From positions 1 through 36,157 of IMG/VR virus record IMGVR_UViG_3300028592_000047: a stretch of DNA of 36,157 bases. One strand, 5' to 3'. Source of the stretch: a virus. Lineage: Duplodnaviria; Caudoviricetes. The notes under the pieces are model-generated. The model did no database searches and was not told where the DNA came from. It was given only the letters and a program-made list of their open reading frames with translations. Positions within the stretch are counted from its first letter, which is position 1. Every line of letters starts with the position of its first letter. The translations under genes were made by a program, and so were the position numbers. Of the stretch, positions 9,713 to 17,276 are shown piece by piece.

Positions 9713-9751
9713 AAAAGACGCCCCGGAGAGGGGATAACTACTCCGGGGCGT
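9713..9751 (-). terminator. Rho-independent terminator
   Basis: ACGCCCCGGAG / CTCCGGGGCGT 11-bp stem followed by CTTTT on the minus strand. Confidence 0.7.
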
Positions 9752-9756
9752 AGAGG

Positions 9757-10080
9757 TTAGGCCAGTTCCTTGAACGACAGCTTGTCGCCGGGGGCAACCG
9801 GAATGATCAGCGGAACGTTCGGCGCCGTCTGATAGCCCAAGGCGGGCGCATCGGCGGCGGTCGGGTCAGCGCCGACAGCAACCCAGCAGGCTTCGTCGTG
9901 CACGATGCGCGCGTGAAGCTTGGTGTAAGCCGGGGTGGTAGCGACCTGGATGCGGGAACCGGCGACCGTGGCGGTCGTGGAGGTTGTCTCCTTGGCCGTC
10001 TGGAAGATTTCCTTGATGACGCCGGGGAACTGATCGTAGCGATCGCCCAGTCGGACGATTTCGACTCTTGCGGTACCCAT
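9757..10080 (-). CDS. Hypothetical beta-rich protein, possibly virion-associated
   Basis: 107 aa, ARIVHDEACWVAVGADPTA...VAPGDKLS; has its own promoter and terminator. Confidence 0.75.
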   Translation of the reverse strand: MGTARVEIVRLGDRYDQFPGVIKEIFQTAKETTSTTATVAGSRIQVATTPAYTKLHARIVHDEACWVAVGADPTAADAPALGYQTAPNVPLIIPVAPGDKLSFKELA

Positions 10081-10123
10081 TTAGTCCATCCTATTTCAGT
10101 ATCGGGGTGCCCTATGCCCGGAA

Positions 10124-10152
10124 AGAATAGCACGCGCGCGTAGGGCCGTCAA
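10124..10152 (-). promoter_or_regulatory. Sigma70-type promoter TTGACG-N17-TATTCT
   Basis: Intergenic consensus match; spacer nearly duplicates the promoter at 10942-10970. Confidence 0.65.
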
Positions 10153-10184
10153 GTACCTAGTCGAATGCTGCGCCGCAGACAGTT

Positions 10185-10637
10185 CTATTTGGCCACGAAA
10201 GCGCGGACGTTGGCGTCCTTAGCTTCCAGGAGTTTGCGCAGCGCAACAGTGCGCTCCGGGTTACGCGGAGTAGTGTCGACTATTTCTCGCGCCAGAACGC
10301 AGAATGGGCGAGATCGCCCCCGTAGAGCTTCCGGCAGATGTGCGTAATGGAAGAACTGCAGAATGTGGTCCTGCTTGATTTCTTCATCGGTGAACTCCTG
10401 AGGGCTTGGATGCAGCGCATCTCTTTCGGCGCGCTCCGCCGCGAGGGTCGTCATGCCCAGTGTATTCAGACCAAGCATATGGCGAATCATGGTTTCCGCC
10501 TGAACGGCTGTCAGCAAATTGGTGCCGACAGGGGTGCGACCTTTTTCGAAGCTTACGCCGCCATCCGGATCGAAGTCCTGCGGCAGTTTCCACGTCAGGA
10601 ACCGGTTTACCATTAGTTTGATTTGTTCGTTTGTCAT
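10185..10637 (-). CDS. Two-domain hypothetical protein with C-terminal helical hairpin
   Basis: N-domain MVNRFLTWKLP..FDPDGG..PVGTNLLTA; C-domain FFHYAHLP...RNPERTVALRKLLEAKD. Confidence 0.8.
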   Translation of the reverse strand: MTNEQIKLMVNRFLTWKLPQDFDPDGGVSFEKGRTPVGTNLLTAVQAETMIRHMLGLNTLGMTTLAAERAERDALHPSPQEFTDEEIKQDHILQFFHYAHLPEALRGRSRPFCVLAREIVDTTPRNPERTVALRKLLEAKDANVRAFVAK

Positions 10638-10825
10638 CGTATTTCCAATCTTAAGTGCCGCCGCAAGACCTCTATCTCTAGCCGTTTCCTGACCCAGTAT
10701 TCCGCGTTAGCGGGGTCGCCCATTTCTTCGGGGTTGCGCACCTTAAACCCGCCGACGATGCAGTCGTGCAGGTCCTCGTGGCTCATCTGGGCAACTGGCG
10801 TTCCGCGAAAAGTGTGGTCTAGCAT
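10634..10825 (-). CDS. Hypothetical protein
   Basis: ATG 10825 after GAGG; ATGA overlap with the next gene. Confidence 0.6.
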   Translation of the reverse strand: MLDHTFRGTPVAQMSHEDLHDCIVGGFKVRNPEEMGDPANAEYWVRKRLEIEVLRRHLRLEIR

Positions 10826-10941
10826 GGTATTCAGGCCTCGACACCGAAAGGGTGGCCGGAGAGCCGCCAGCAACGACAACTCTCCGACCTGGGCTTGGGC
10901 TGTCCCCGGCCTCCGTTGTGGCGACCTCTTAGGGACCACTT

Positions 10942-10970
10942 ATTAAAACACGCGCGCGTACGGGGGTCAA
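10942..10970 (-). promoter_or_regulatory. Sigma70-type promoter TTGACC-N17-TTTAAT
   Basis: Consensus match with TG extension. Confidence 0.6.
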
Positions 10971-10979
10971 GTAGGGGGT

Positions 10980-11107
10980 AAATACAGAGAACCCCGCCGA
11001 GAGGGTATCGCAGCGGGGTTCTCGGGTAACAGTGCCCAAGGACGGTGGAATGGTGAGCTGCCCGCTATCCACTTCGCGTCAGCAGCGCCCTCATCCTTGG
11101 GGCTTGT
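10980..11107 (-). ncRNA. Candidate small structured RNA
   Basis: Lies between promoter 11114-11143 and hairpin 10987-11023; internal 10-bp stem 11035-11044 / 11092-11101; no credible ORF. Confidence 0.5.
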
Positions 11108-11113
11108 AGGGAT

Positions 11114-11143
11114 ACTATACCACGGGGGACACTGGGCTGTCAA
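11114..11143 (-). promoter_or_regulatory. Sigma70-type promoter TTGACA-N18-TATAGT
   Basis: Consensus match; -35 box contains the TGA stop of ORF 11140-11367. Confidence 0.7.
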
Positions 11144-11367
11144 GTAGGGGGTAGTGTTCCGGGCATGCGCGCCGAAAGGTCGACCCACGGGATGGCGAAA
11201 TCGAGCGCCTCATGCTTGTGGAAAATTGGTTGGACGTCCGTTAACTCAACGCCCTCGACAATGTCATGCCACTCAATTTCGCCGGCATTCACAGTGGCGT
11301 ATTGCGGTTGACCGTGCCCGTAATCGCGGAACAGGTAGTAGTTGTCTCCGTGAAGATATAGACGCAT
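11140..11367 (-). CDS. Hypothetical protein
   Basis: 75 aa, GGAG RBS, own promoter. Confidence 0.7.
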   Translation of the reverse strand: MRLYLHGDNYYLFRDYGHGQPQYATVNAGEIEWHDIVEGVELTDVQPIFHKHEALDFAIPWVDLSARMPGTLPPT

Positions 11368-11394
11368 GGCTCTAGGCTCCGTTGGGGATAGGTC

Positions 11395-11423
11395 AGTGTA
11401 GCACGGGGGAGTGAGGGTGTCAA
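11395..11423 (-). promoter_or_regulatory. First leftward promoter TTGACA-N17-TACACT
   Basis: Consensus match with TG extension. Confidence 0.75.
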
Positions 11424-11737
11424 GTAGGTGGGGGTTGAGGCGGCTTAGCTGGTGTGGTATGTGGGTTCTAGGAAGCGGCGCTCCGGGGGAAATGTGGCAT
11501 TATGATTCGAGGAAGCGCCGAGGCCCAGAAGGGTCCCCCTCGCCTCCGTCTTGGGTCCCTTCTTGCAAGGGGGGATAGCGAAGCACAAGCGCCCCACACA
11601 ACCGGGAAGCGCAGCATCGGCGCATCGCAACCAACGCGTGTCCACAACTCGCAGACGCAGCGAAGCGGCTCAGCACAACCGCGCCGCAGCCTGCAACCAA
11701 CGCGTGCGATGAAGCGGCTCGGCACAACCAGCGCAGA

Positions 11738-11863
11738 CGCCTCGCCGCTTCCTCGTGTTCCACGTGAAGCGCCTCGCACACGACGACGCGCAGAGACAGC
11801 GCAGCAGCGCTTCGCCACACGCCGCAGCCGGGCAGGCGTGGAACACGAGGAAGCGGCGAGGCG
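11738..11863. repeat. Perfect 27-bp inverted repeat with 72-bp spacer
   Basis: CGCCTCGCCGCTTCCTCGTGTTCCACG at 11738-11764 and its exact reverse complement at 11837-11863. Confidence 0.95.
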
Positions 11864-12319
11864 GAGGCGAGGCGGAGGCGCTTCGCACGACGCGGCGGCG
11901 AAGCAGGGATGCCACGTGCTACGAACCGATGCCACAGGGGCGGCGGCGAGGCGACGAAGCAGCGAAAGCGAGGCGAATCGCCTGCCCCGTACGCCGCATG
12001 CGTGGTCCCACTGGCTGCGGTACGCTACGACGCTACGACTCCCGTACCTGCGGGCCGGGGCGGCCCCCGCTACGGCACTAAGCCGAAAGGGGCCCATAGC
12101 CCCGGTACCCGTAGCCCAGCCCCTAGGTACGAGAGAGAAAGGGACGCAGCGTAGCGCAGCCTATGGGCTGCCACACTAGGCGTAGCCAACCCGGAAGCCG
12201 CGCATCGTCGCCTCTCCGCCTGCACGCTGGTGCCACATGCCCAGCCGCCGCGCTTCTACAACTCGAAGCCCCTGCTTACAACTCCCGATACTGCGACACC
12301 CTGTCACATCCCCCCTATC

Positions 12320-12348
12320 TTGCGTCGCCTCTCCGCTCGTGGTAAGAT
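12320..12348 (+). promoter_or_regulatory. First rightward promoter TTGCGT-N17-TAAGAT
   Basis: CGTGG extension shared with the other promoters; upstream of AGGAG and ATG 12380. Confidence 0.6.
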
Positions 12349-12379
12349 GGGGCAGATAAGAGAGACACAGGAGACACCA

Positions 12380-12625
12380 ATGCCCATCACCCACATCGTC
12401 GCCGTCCTCCGCCGTGATGGCAAGATCGCCCGCATCCCCGCAGACGCCCCCGCCGCTGCGCATCTGGCCGGTCTGGGCGAGGAAGACGTCGCCGCCGCGA
12501 TCGCAGAGGCAGGCTGGTGCGGCAGCCATGGCCGGGACCTCCTAGGCGGCACGCGTCCCGTCGTGGTGTTTCCCTGCGACACAAAGCGCATCCCGGCAGC
12601 CGCCGCCGCCTATCTCCGCCAGTAA
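12380..12625 (+). CDS. Hypothetical early protein
   Basis: ATG 12380 after CAGGAG; 81 aa MPITHIVAVLRRDGK. Confidence 0.7.
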   Translation: MPITHIVAVLRRDGKIARIPADAPAAAHLAGLGEEDVAAAIAEAGWCGSHGRDLLGGTRPVVVFPCDTKRIPAAAAAYLRQ

Positions 12626-12650
12626 CCCAAGCACACAAGGAACCAAGACC

Positions 12651-12896
12651 ATGGAAGACGGCTATCACGTGAACGTCGCCCGCAACACCGAGCGCAAGGC
12701 ATGGGACAGCACCCCACAGAAGCCGCGCTACGACAGCCACCACTACTGCGCGATCTTCCTAGGCCGCGTCAGCCGCGAAGAGGCGATCGACATGACGCGC
12801 GATCTGCAGCAGCGATTCCCCGAGGGCGACGAGCCGGGTCAGTTTCACCTTTCGCTGACGTTCTGGCAGGCGACTGGCCACGGCATCAAGCTCTAG
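12651..12896 (+). CDS. Hypothetical early protein
   Basis: 81 aa behind the repeated leader. Confidence 0.8.
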   Translation: MEDGYHVNVARNTERKAWDSTPQKPRYDSHHYCAIFLGRVSREEAIDMTRDLQQRFPEGDEPGQFHLSLTFWQATGHGIKL

Positions 12897-12923
12897 ACCC
12901 CAAACACACAAGGAACCAAGACC

Positions 12924-13139
12924 ATGCGCATCGTCTACAGCATCGGCACAAGCGGCGGGCCTGAATACCCGACCATGGAGGAAGCAAAGACGCACGTAGA
13001 GGCGCTAGGCGAGGGCTATGTCGTAACGTGGGTCGTCCACCCGAACATGCCGCGCTGCCTTCCAGCGGAGGTCTACAAGTCCAGCGCCATGACGAGCTAT
13101 GTCGACGGCGCATGGCGCGAACACAACATACACGGCTAG
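12924..13139 (+). CDS. Hypothetical early protein
   Basis: 71 aa behind the repeated leader. Confidence 0.8.
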   Translation: MRIVYSIGTSGGPEYPTMEEAKTHVEALGEGYVVTWVVHPNMPRCLPAEVYKSSAMTSYVDGAWREHNIHG

Positions 13140-13150
13140 GAGACACAACC

Positions 13151-13327
13151 ATGACGATCGCCGAAGCAGTACGAGCCGCGCTGGACGAATGGGCGCAATC
13201 CCCGGAGTTCGACCTCGACGACGCAACGGGCCTAATCGAGGGGCACGTAGACGACGCCGTGATCGAGTGGGCAATAGCGCACGGCTACCAACAAGACGAT
13301 GGCGGCTACTGGCACCGGGCATCTTGA
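13151..13327 (+). CDS. Small acidic early protein
   Basis: ATG 13151 after AGGAG; 58 aa, D/E and aromatic rich. Confidence 0.7.
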   Translation: MTIAEAVRAALDEWAQSPEFDLDDATGLIEGHVDDAVIEWAIAHGYQQDDGGYWHRAS

Positions 13328-13352
13328 CACCCGCCTTTCGGCGTGCTACGAT
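13324..13352 (+). promoter_or_regulatory. Sigma70-type promoter TTGACA-N17-TACGAT
   Basis: Consensus match; spacer contains CCTTTCGG. Confidence 0.75.
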
Positions 13353-13651
13353 ACCCGGATCGACAACAAGGAACACCCCGATGCTCTGGATTTCCTGCCG
13401 CTCCGCCCTCGTCGCTCGTGCTTCGTATCGGCCTCGCCGTCTCGTGGATGCCGCTTCGCTCTGGCCTTGGGGCGGGCAGCCGCGCGTTGTGCGTCCCGAT
13501 GCGTTGCGCTCGGCCCCGCGTCCCGGCGCTGGCTTGCGTTCGCGCGGCCTTCTCGCCTGCGCCCGCTTCTCGATCCCGGCTGTTCCGGCGATCCCCCGGC
13601 CCCGCCGCTAGGCGGGGCATCGTCCACCCCAAACACACAAGGAACCCGCAC

Positions 13652-13816
13652 ATGCGCAACTTCCTCGACGACTACTGGAACACGCCTGAACCCCAAAGGC
13701 GCAATCCCCCGCCCCGCCTTTCGGCGTGGCTTACTGTCTGCACCGAATGCGTCGGCTATCTAGGCTTGGCTGTCGCTATTCTCGCCTGCCTAGCAATCGT
13801 GAGGGACACGCTATGA
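13652..13816 (+). CDS. Small membrane protein
   Basis: 54 aa behind the third leader copy; C-terminal hydrophobic helix VGYLGLAVAILACLAIV. Confidence 0.65.
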   Translation: MRNFLDDYWNTPEPQRRNPPPRLSAWLTVCTECVGYLGLAVAILACLAIVRDTL

Positions 13817-14139
13817 GGTCCCTCAAAAACCGGACGGAGGTCTTCATGACACCGAAAGAACACGTAAAGTACCAGCGCGAAATGGCGAAGCAGCTGAAGA
13901 AGGCGATCCCGCTTCGCGACACCCAGATGCGCCTAGTAGGTCAAGTGAGCAGCAACGGAGCGTGTTTCGGCATTACGGCGATGCGCGACCCGCTTGCTCT
14001 GATGCCTCTATGGAACGAACGCAAGCACGACGGACTACCCTATCGCACTCACCTGCAAGCGGTGGCGACACTGCGCGGGCTGAGGGTAGTCCACAGACTG
14101 CGACACTCTGTCGCACCCTCGGAGTCGAAGGGCACTTGA
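13813..14139 (+). CDS. Hypothetical basic protein
   Basis: ATG 13813 after GAGGG, ATGA overlap. Confidence 0.6.
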   Translation: MRSLKNRTEVFMTPKEHVKYQREMAKQLKKAIPLRDTQMRLVGQVSSNGACFGITAMRDPLALMPLWNERKHDGLPYRTHLQAVATLRGLRVVHRLRHSVAPSESKGT

Positions 14140-14164
14140 CACAGCCCTCAAGGCATGGTACACT
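14136..14164 (+). promoter_or_regulatory. Sigma70-type promoter TTGACA-N17-TACACT
   Basis: Consensus match upstream of paralog A. Confidence 0.75.
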
Positions 14165-14217
14165 GTTTTTACGGATCGAGACCGATCCGGCGCAACGAAA
14201 CCAACGGAGCAACGACC

Positions 14218-14661
14218 ATGACCACCGCAACCGAAACCCGCAATGCCGAAGCCCTCGCAATCCTCGCGCAGGCTGAACTCGACGCCGCGCTGCCTAAGAG
14301 CGTCGTGTCCGCCAACTACAAGAAGCGCTACGCAGAGCGCGCCCTGACTGCCCGCAAGCCCAAGGACGTCAGCCGCAAGGTCGTCGCCCGCTCGTGTGGC
14401 GACTGGCTGGCTCTGGAGCTCGCCAAGCACTGCATCGGCGAAAAGAACAAGCTGAACGTCGACGCATTCACCGCGATCCTCGATGCCAATGGCGTGGATC
14501 ACAGCCACTGGAACCGCACGAGCAAGGGCTGGCAGGGCCGGTTCCGCATGACGGGCAGGCTCGCCCTGCAGCGGGTCGTCGCCGAGGCTGGCGAAATGGA
14601 GCTCGCCGATGGCTCGACCGTTGCTGCACCCAAGACATGGATCGCCAAGCACCAGCACTAA
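14218..14661 (+). CDS. Hypothetical protein, GRxRMT-domain paralog A
   Basis: ATG 14218 after GGAG; shares a domain with 17855-18874 and 23569-24069. Confidence 0.85.
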   Translation: MTTATETRNAEALAILAQAELDAALPKSVVSANYKKRYAERALTARKPKDVSRKVVARSCGDWLALELAKHCIGEKNKLNVDAFTAILDANGVDHSHWNRTSKGWQGRFRMTGRLALQRVVAEAGEMELADGSTVAAPKTWIAKHQH

Positions 14662-14753
14662 CGAGGAAGGCCGCATGCCTTTCGGTGTCCCGCCTCTTGC
14701 CCCCATGGGGCGGGCATCCCAAGGGCAATCACGCCCCGAACAAGGAGAGAACT

Positions 14754-15032
14754 ATGGTTAAGGACAAGTACGCCGAGGCGATGCCCGCACCTGACTATCG
14801 CGACGATCTGGAACACGCTGTCGCGTATCTGACTATCACCAAGGTCGTGCGCGAAAACCAGCCCATCGTGAGGGGCGCAGCCGAACACAACACGCTCGGC
14901 AAGGTGATCGACGACATGCTGGCTGACGTCGCAATGCAGGGCGGCGAAGTCCAGTCGTTCGAGCTCGAAGTCACGTCCGATTACTGGCGCGAGTTCGCCG
15001 AAAAAGTGCGGGGCAAAGCAAATGGCCGATAA
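14754..15032 (+). CDS. Hypothetical protein
   Basis: ATG 14754 after AAGGAG; 92 aa. Confidence 0.75.
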   Translation: MVKDKYAEAMPAPDYRDDLEHAVAYLTITKVVRENQPIVRGAAEHNTLGKVIDDMLADVAMQGGEVQSFELEVTSDYWREFAEKVRGKANGR

Positions 15033-15360
15033 GAGAGCAACGCCGCTCCGTATCGCTCCAAACGGCAGCATCGAAACTGGAAAACAGGCACCGGCGCAGC
15101 GTCCTTTCGGCACCCACCCCGGCCTAACTAACCTCAAATACGCAATCGAGGTGATCGAAGGTCTGCGCTTCATCGGCATGGACCAGAACCCCAAGGGTGT
15201 TCGCGACATGCTGTCCACCGGCTGCTTCCAAGTGGAGATGGAGATTCACGACAAGGACGTCGAGATTGCTCGTCTCAGGATGCAGATCGAGAAACTGATA
15301 AGCGATGCGGCGTGGGAAGCAAGTGCTCGTCACGCCGAAAGAAGCGGAGGGACGCTATGA
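15022..15360 (+). CDS. Hypothetical protein
   Basis: 112-aa ORF overlapping both neighbours. Confidence 0.7.
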   Translation: MADKRATPLRIAPNGSIETGKQAPAQRPFGTHPGLTNLKYAIEVIEGLRFIGMDQNPKGVRDMLSTGCFQVEMEIHDKDVEIARLRMQIEKLISDAAWEASARHAERSGGTL

Positions 15361-15542
15361 CCGACGACGCCTACCACATCCATTACATGTCTGTTGAGGA
15401 ATTGTCAGAGTTCCTATGTGAGAACCCGAACGTGGTTAGCCACAACAAGGACGTCCAGATCTTAGTCCGCAACCGGATAACCGTCCTGCAGCAACGCATC
15501 CAGCGGGCGGGTGCTCTTTTCAAGGCGTTGACCGATGGTTGA
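15357..15542 (+). CDS. Hypothetical protein
   Basis: ATG 15357 after GGAGG, ATGA overlap. Confidence 0.65.
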   Translation: MTDDAYHIHYMSVEELSEFLCENPNVVSHNKDVQILVRNRITVLQQRIQRAGALFKALTDG

Positions 15543-15708
15543 GAAAACCGGCAACGAAACAGAAATGGACAAAGTCATGGCGATGGACGCGTGGCAGCTG
15601 CTAACCTACGCCTTAGAGAATCCCGAGTACCTGTCCGACCCCTATTACAGCCTTATCGGGAACGCAATCAACGCCCGATACGACCAATTGGAGAATGAAC
15701 GTGGCTGA
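15535..15708 (+). CDS. Hypothetical protein (below ORF-track cutoff)
   Basis: 57 aa MVEKTGNETEMDK...ENERG read from the sequence; fills the operon gap. Confidence 0.6.
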   Translation: MVEKTGNETEMDKVMAMDAWQLLTYALENPEYLSDPYYSLIGNAINARYDQLENERG

Positions 15709-15799
15709 TTTTTTCGCCTTGGGCTTCTACGATTTCGTTGTGATCGGCGTAATGCTGTCGATTGCGGTGGTGGCCCTCGGAACGATGAAGGGTAGTTGA
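15701..15799 (+). CDS. Small membrane peptide (below ORF-track cutoff)
   Basis: GTG after GGAG; MADFFALGFYDFVVIGVMLSIAVVALGTMKGS. Confidence 0.5.
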   Translation: MADFFALGFYDFVVIGVMLSIAVVALGTMKGS

Positions 15800-15824
15800 C
15801 ATGGGGTACGCCCTGTGCTACACT
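15796..15824 (+). promoter_or_regulatory. Sigma70-type promoter TTGACA-N17-TACACT
   Basis: Consensus match with TG extension. Confidence 0.75.
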
Positions 15825-15854
15825 ACCAGTATCGACAACACAGGAGCGCAGACC

Positions 15855-16055
15855 ATGAGTGTGGAACAGGAAGAGGCTGGCAGGACCATCAGTGAGCCCG
15901 TTTACTTGGGCGATGGGCTCTACGCCGAGTTCGACGGCTACCAGATCGAGGTTTACGCCTCCAACGGCGTGGGCAAGAGCGATCGTGTTTACTTTGAACG
16001 CGCCGTCGCCGCTGCTTTCATCGCCTACGTTAAGCAGGTGATGCCCGATGACTGA
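15855..16055 (+). CDS. Hypothetical phage protein (YLGDGLYA motif)
   Basis: ATG 15855 after CAGGAG; 66 aa. Confidence 0.75.
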   Translation: MSVEQEEAGRTISEPVYLGDGLYAEFDGYQIEVYASNGVGKSDRVYFERAVAAAFIAYVKQVMPDD

Positions 16056-16638
16056 CCTTACCGCCATTCTGCCCGCAGGGGCTTTCCAGACCAAGCGGAC
16101 CGACGAGTTCGCGCCGAAGCTGGGCTTCGAGGAACGCTGCGCTATCTTGGCGCTGTTGCGCGCTGGGGTTCGCCGCCCGATTCTAGCCGCAGCCTTTGGC
16201 ATCGACAAGCGCACGATCGGCCATATCGGCAACAACGCTTCGCAGCATTACCGCAACGTGCGGCAGGAATACGAAAAGCTGGGCGCGGTCGACTTCAAGG
16301 AAAAGTACCTGACCGAGGCAATCCTAGCCAAGCTCAAGGCGGCGGCTGACGAGTTCAAGCCCCCAGAGCCGCGCCTCAATCCCAAGATCAACCCCGCGCA
16401 GGCGAGCCCCCGCGCGCGCGGAAAAAGTGGCATCCAGACGGTCAAGCCCGACCAGTGCCGCTTTTCGCACCGCCTCGACATTCAATGGAAAGAGCCACCG
16501 GACACCCCTACGACCGGCTGGCATTTCCGCGATCTGGACAGTGACAGCCCAGATGCGTGGTACCACAACGGCGTCGAAAGCCTGAAAACGAGTCAGGCCT
16601 GCTTCGCCGAGGCTGTCGCAAACCTCACCGACGACTAA
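16048..16638 (+). CDS. Putative helix-turn-helix protein
   Basis: LGFEERCAILALLRAGVRRPILAAAFGIDKRTIGHI fits an HTH. Confidence 0.7.
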   Translation: MTDLTAILPAGAFQTKRTDEFAPKLGFEERCAILALLRAGVRRPILAAAFGIDKRTIGHIGNNASQHYRNVRQEYEKLGAVDFKEKYLTEAILAKLKAAADEFKPPEPRLNPKINPAQASPRARGKSGIQTVKPDQCRFSHRLDIQWKEPPDTPTTGWHFRDLDSDSPDAWYHNGVESLKTSQACFAEAVANLTDD

Positions 16639-16670
16639 GTTTCTACACCCCGCAACAAAGGAGACGGGAA

Positions 16671-17228
16671 ATGACGACCGAAGTAAATCGTGTCTGCGAT
16701 TGTGCGACCTGCAAAGAGCAGGCTATTCTGGCCGCAGAGTTTCTGTGCCAGCTGATGGACAAGGGCCACTGCGCCATTTCGGTGGCTGCGGTGGGTTCCG
16801 CCATGCAGACCATGATTGCCAGCCTCATGTTTGCCGCAAAAGCGGGCAAGGCTGGTGTCGACACCAGCCACCCGTTGGCCGAACTACTGTTCGTGCCCGA
16901 GGTCCACGGCGTGATGAAGGAACTGGACGACGTTATGCTGGCGTTCCTCGAAGAACGGAGCGACGGCGGCACGAGCAAGGCGGCTGGCGACATCGTGCAG
17001 GACATGCTGAACGGTGCAGTTGAGCGCGCCAACGAAAAGCGAGTGGGCGACAAGCGCAAGGCGGACTGGGACAAGAAAACCAGCCGCAAACCAACGGCGG
17101 ACTACGTTGAAGAGCACAAAATCAAAGGAACCGATGACGTCGCTGGTCCGCGCGTCTACGCGTTCACCGGCACGCTTGAGGAACTGATGGAACACCTCAG
17201 CGACCCGCGCAACGCGCCGAAGCACTAG
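16671..17228 (+). CDS. Hypothetical protein with N-terminal CxCxxC
   Basis: ATG 16671 after AAGGAG; 185 aa. Confidence 0.7.
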   Translation: MTTEVNRVCDCATCKEQAILAAEFLCQLMDKGHCAISVAAVGSAMQTMIASLMFAAKAGKAGVDTSHPLAELLFVPEVHGVMKELDDVMLAFLEERSDGGTSKAAGDIVQDMLNGAVERANEKRVGDKRKADWDKKTSRKPTADYVEEHKIKGTDDVAGPRVYAFTGTLEELMEHLSDPRNAPKH

Positions 17229-17276
17229 GCTCAACACGGGCGGCGCAAATGCCGCCCAACAAGGAGGCATGGGCAA

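Larger units (their letters stand above)
12626..13654 (+). repeat. Repeated 28-nt gene leader CCCAA(A/G)CACACAAGGAACCAAGACCATG (three copies)
   Basis: Copies at 12626-12653 and 12899-12926 are 27/28 identical; a third at 13628-13654 shares the first 19 nt; each ends in an ATG. Confidence 0.9.

Noticed and set aside
11445-12345. Multiple overlapping Arg/Ala-rich ORFs in the divergence region
   Set aside because: Stop-codon scarcity results from T-poor, GC-rich repeats; no RBS; open in several frames at once
12626-13654. 28-nt repeats as a CRISPR array
   Set aside because: Spacing is ~245 and ~700 nt, the spacers are ORFs, the repeat contains RBS and ATG, and no cas genes are present
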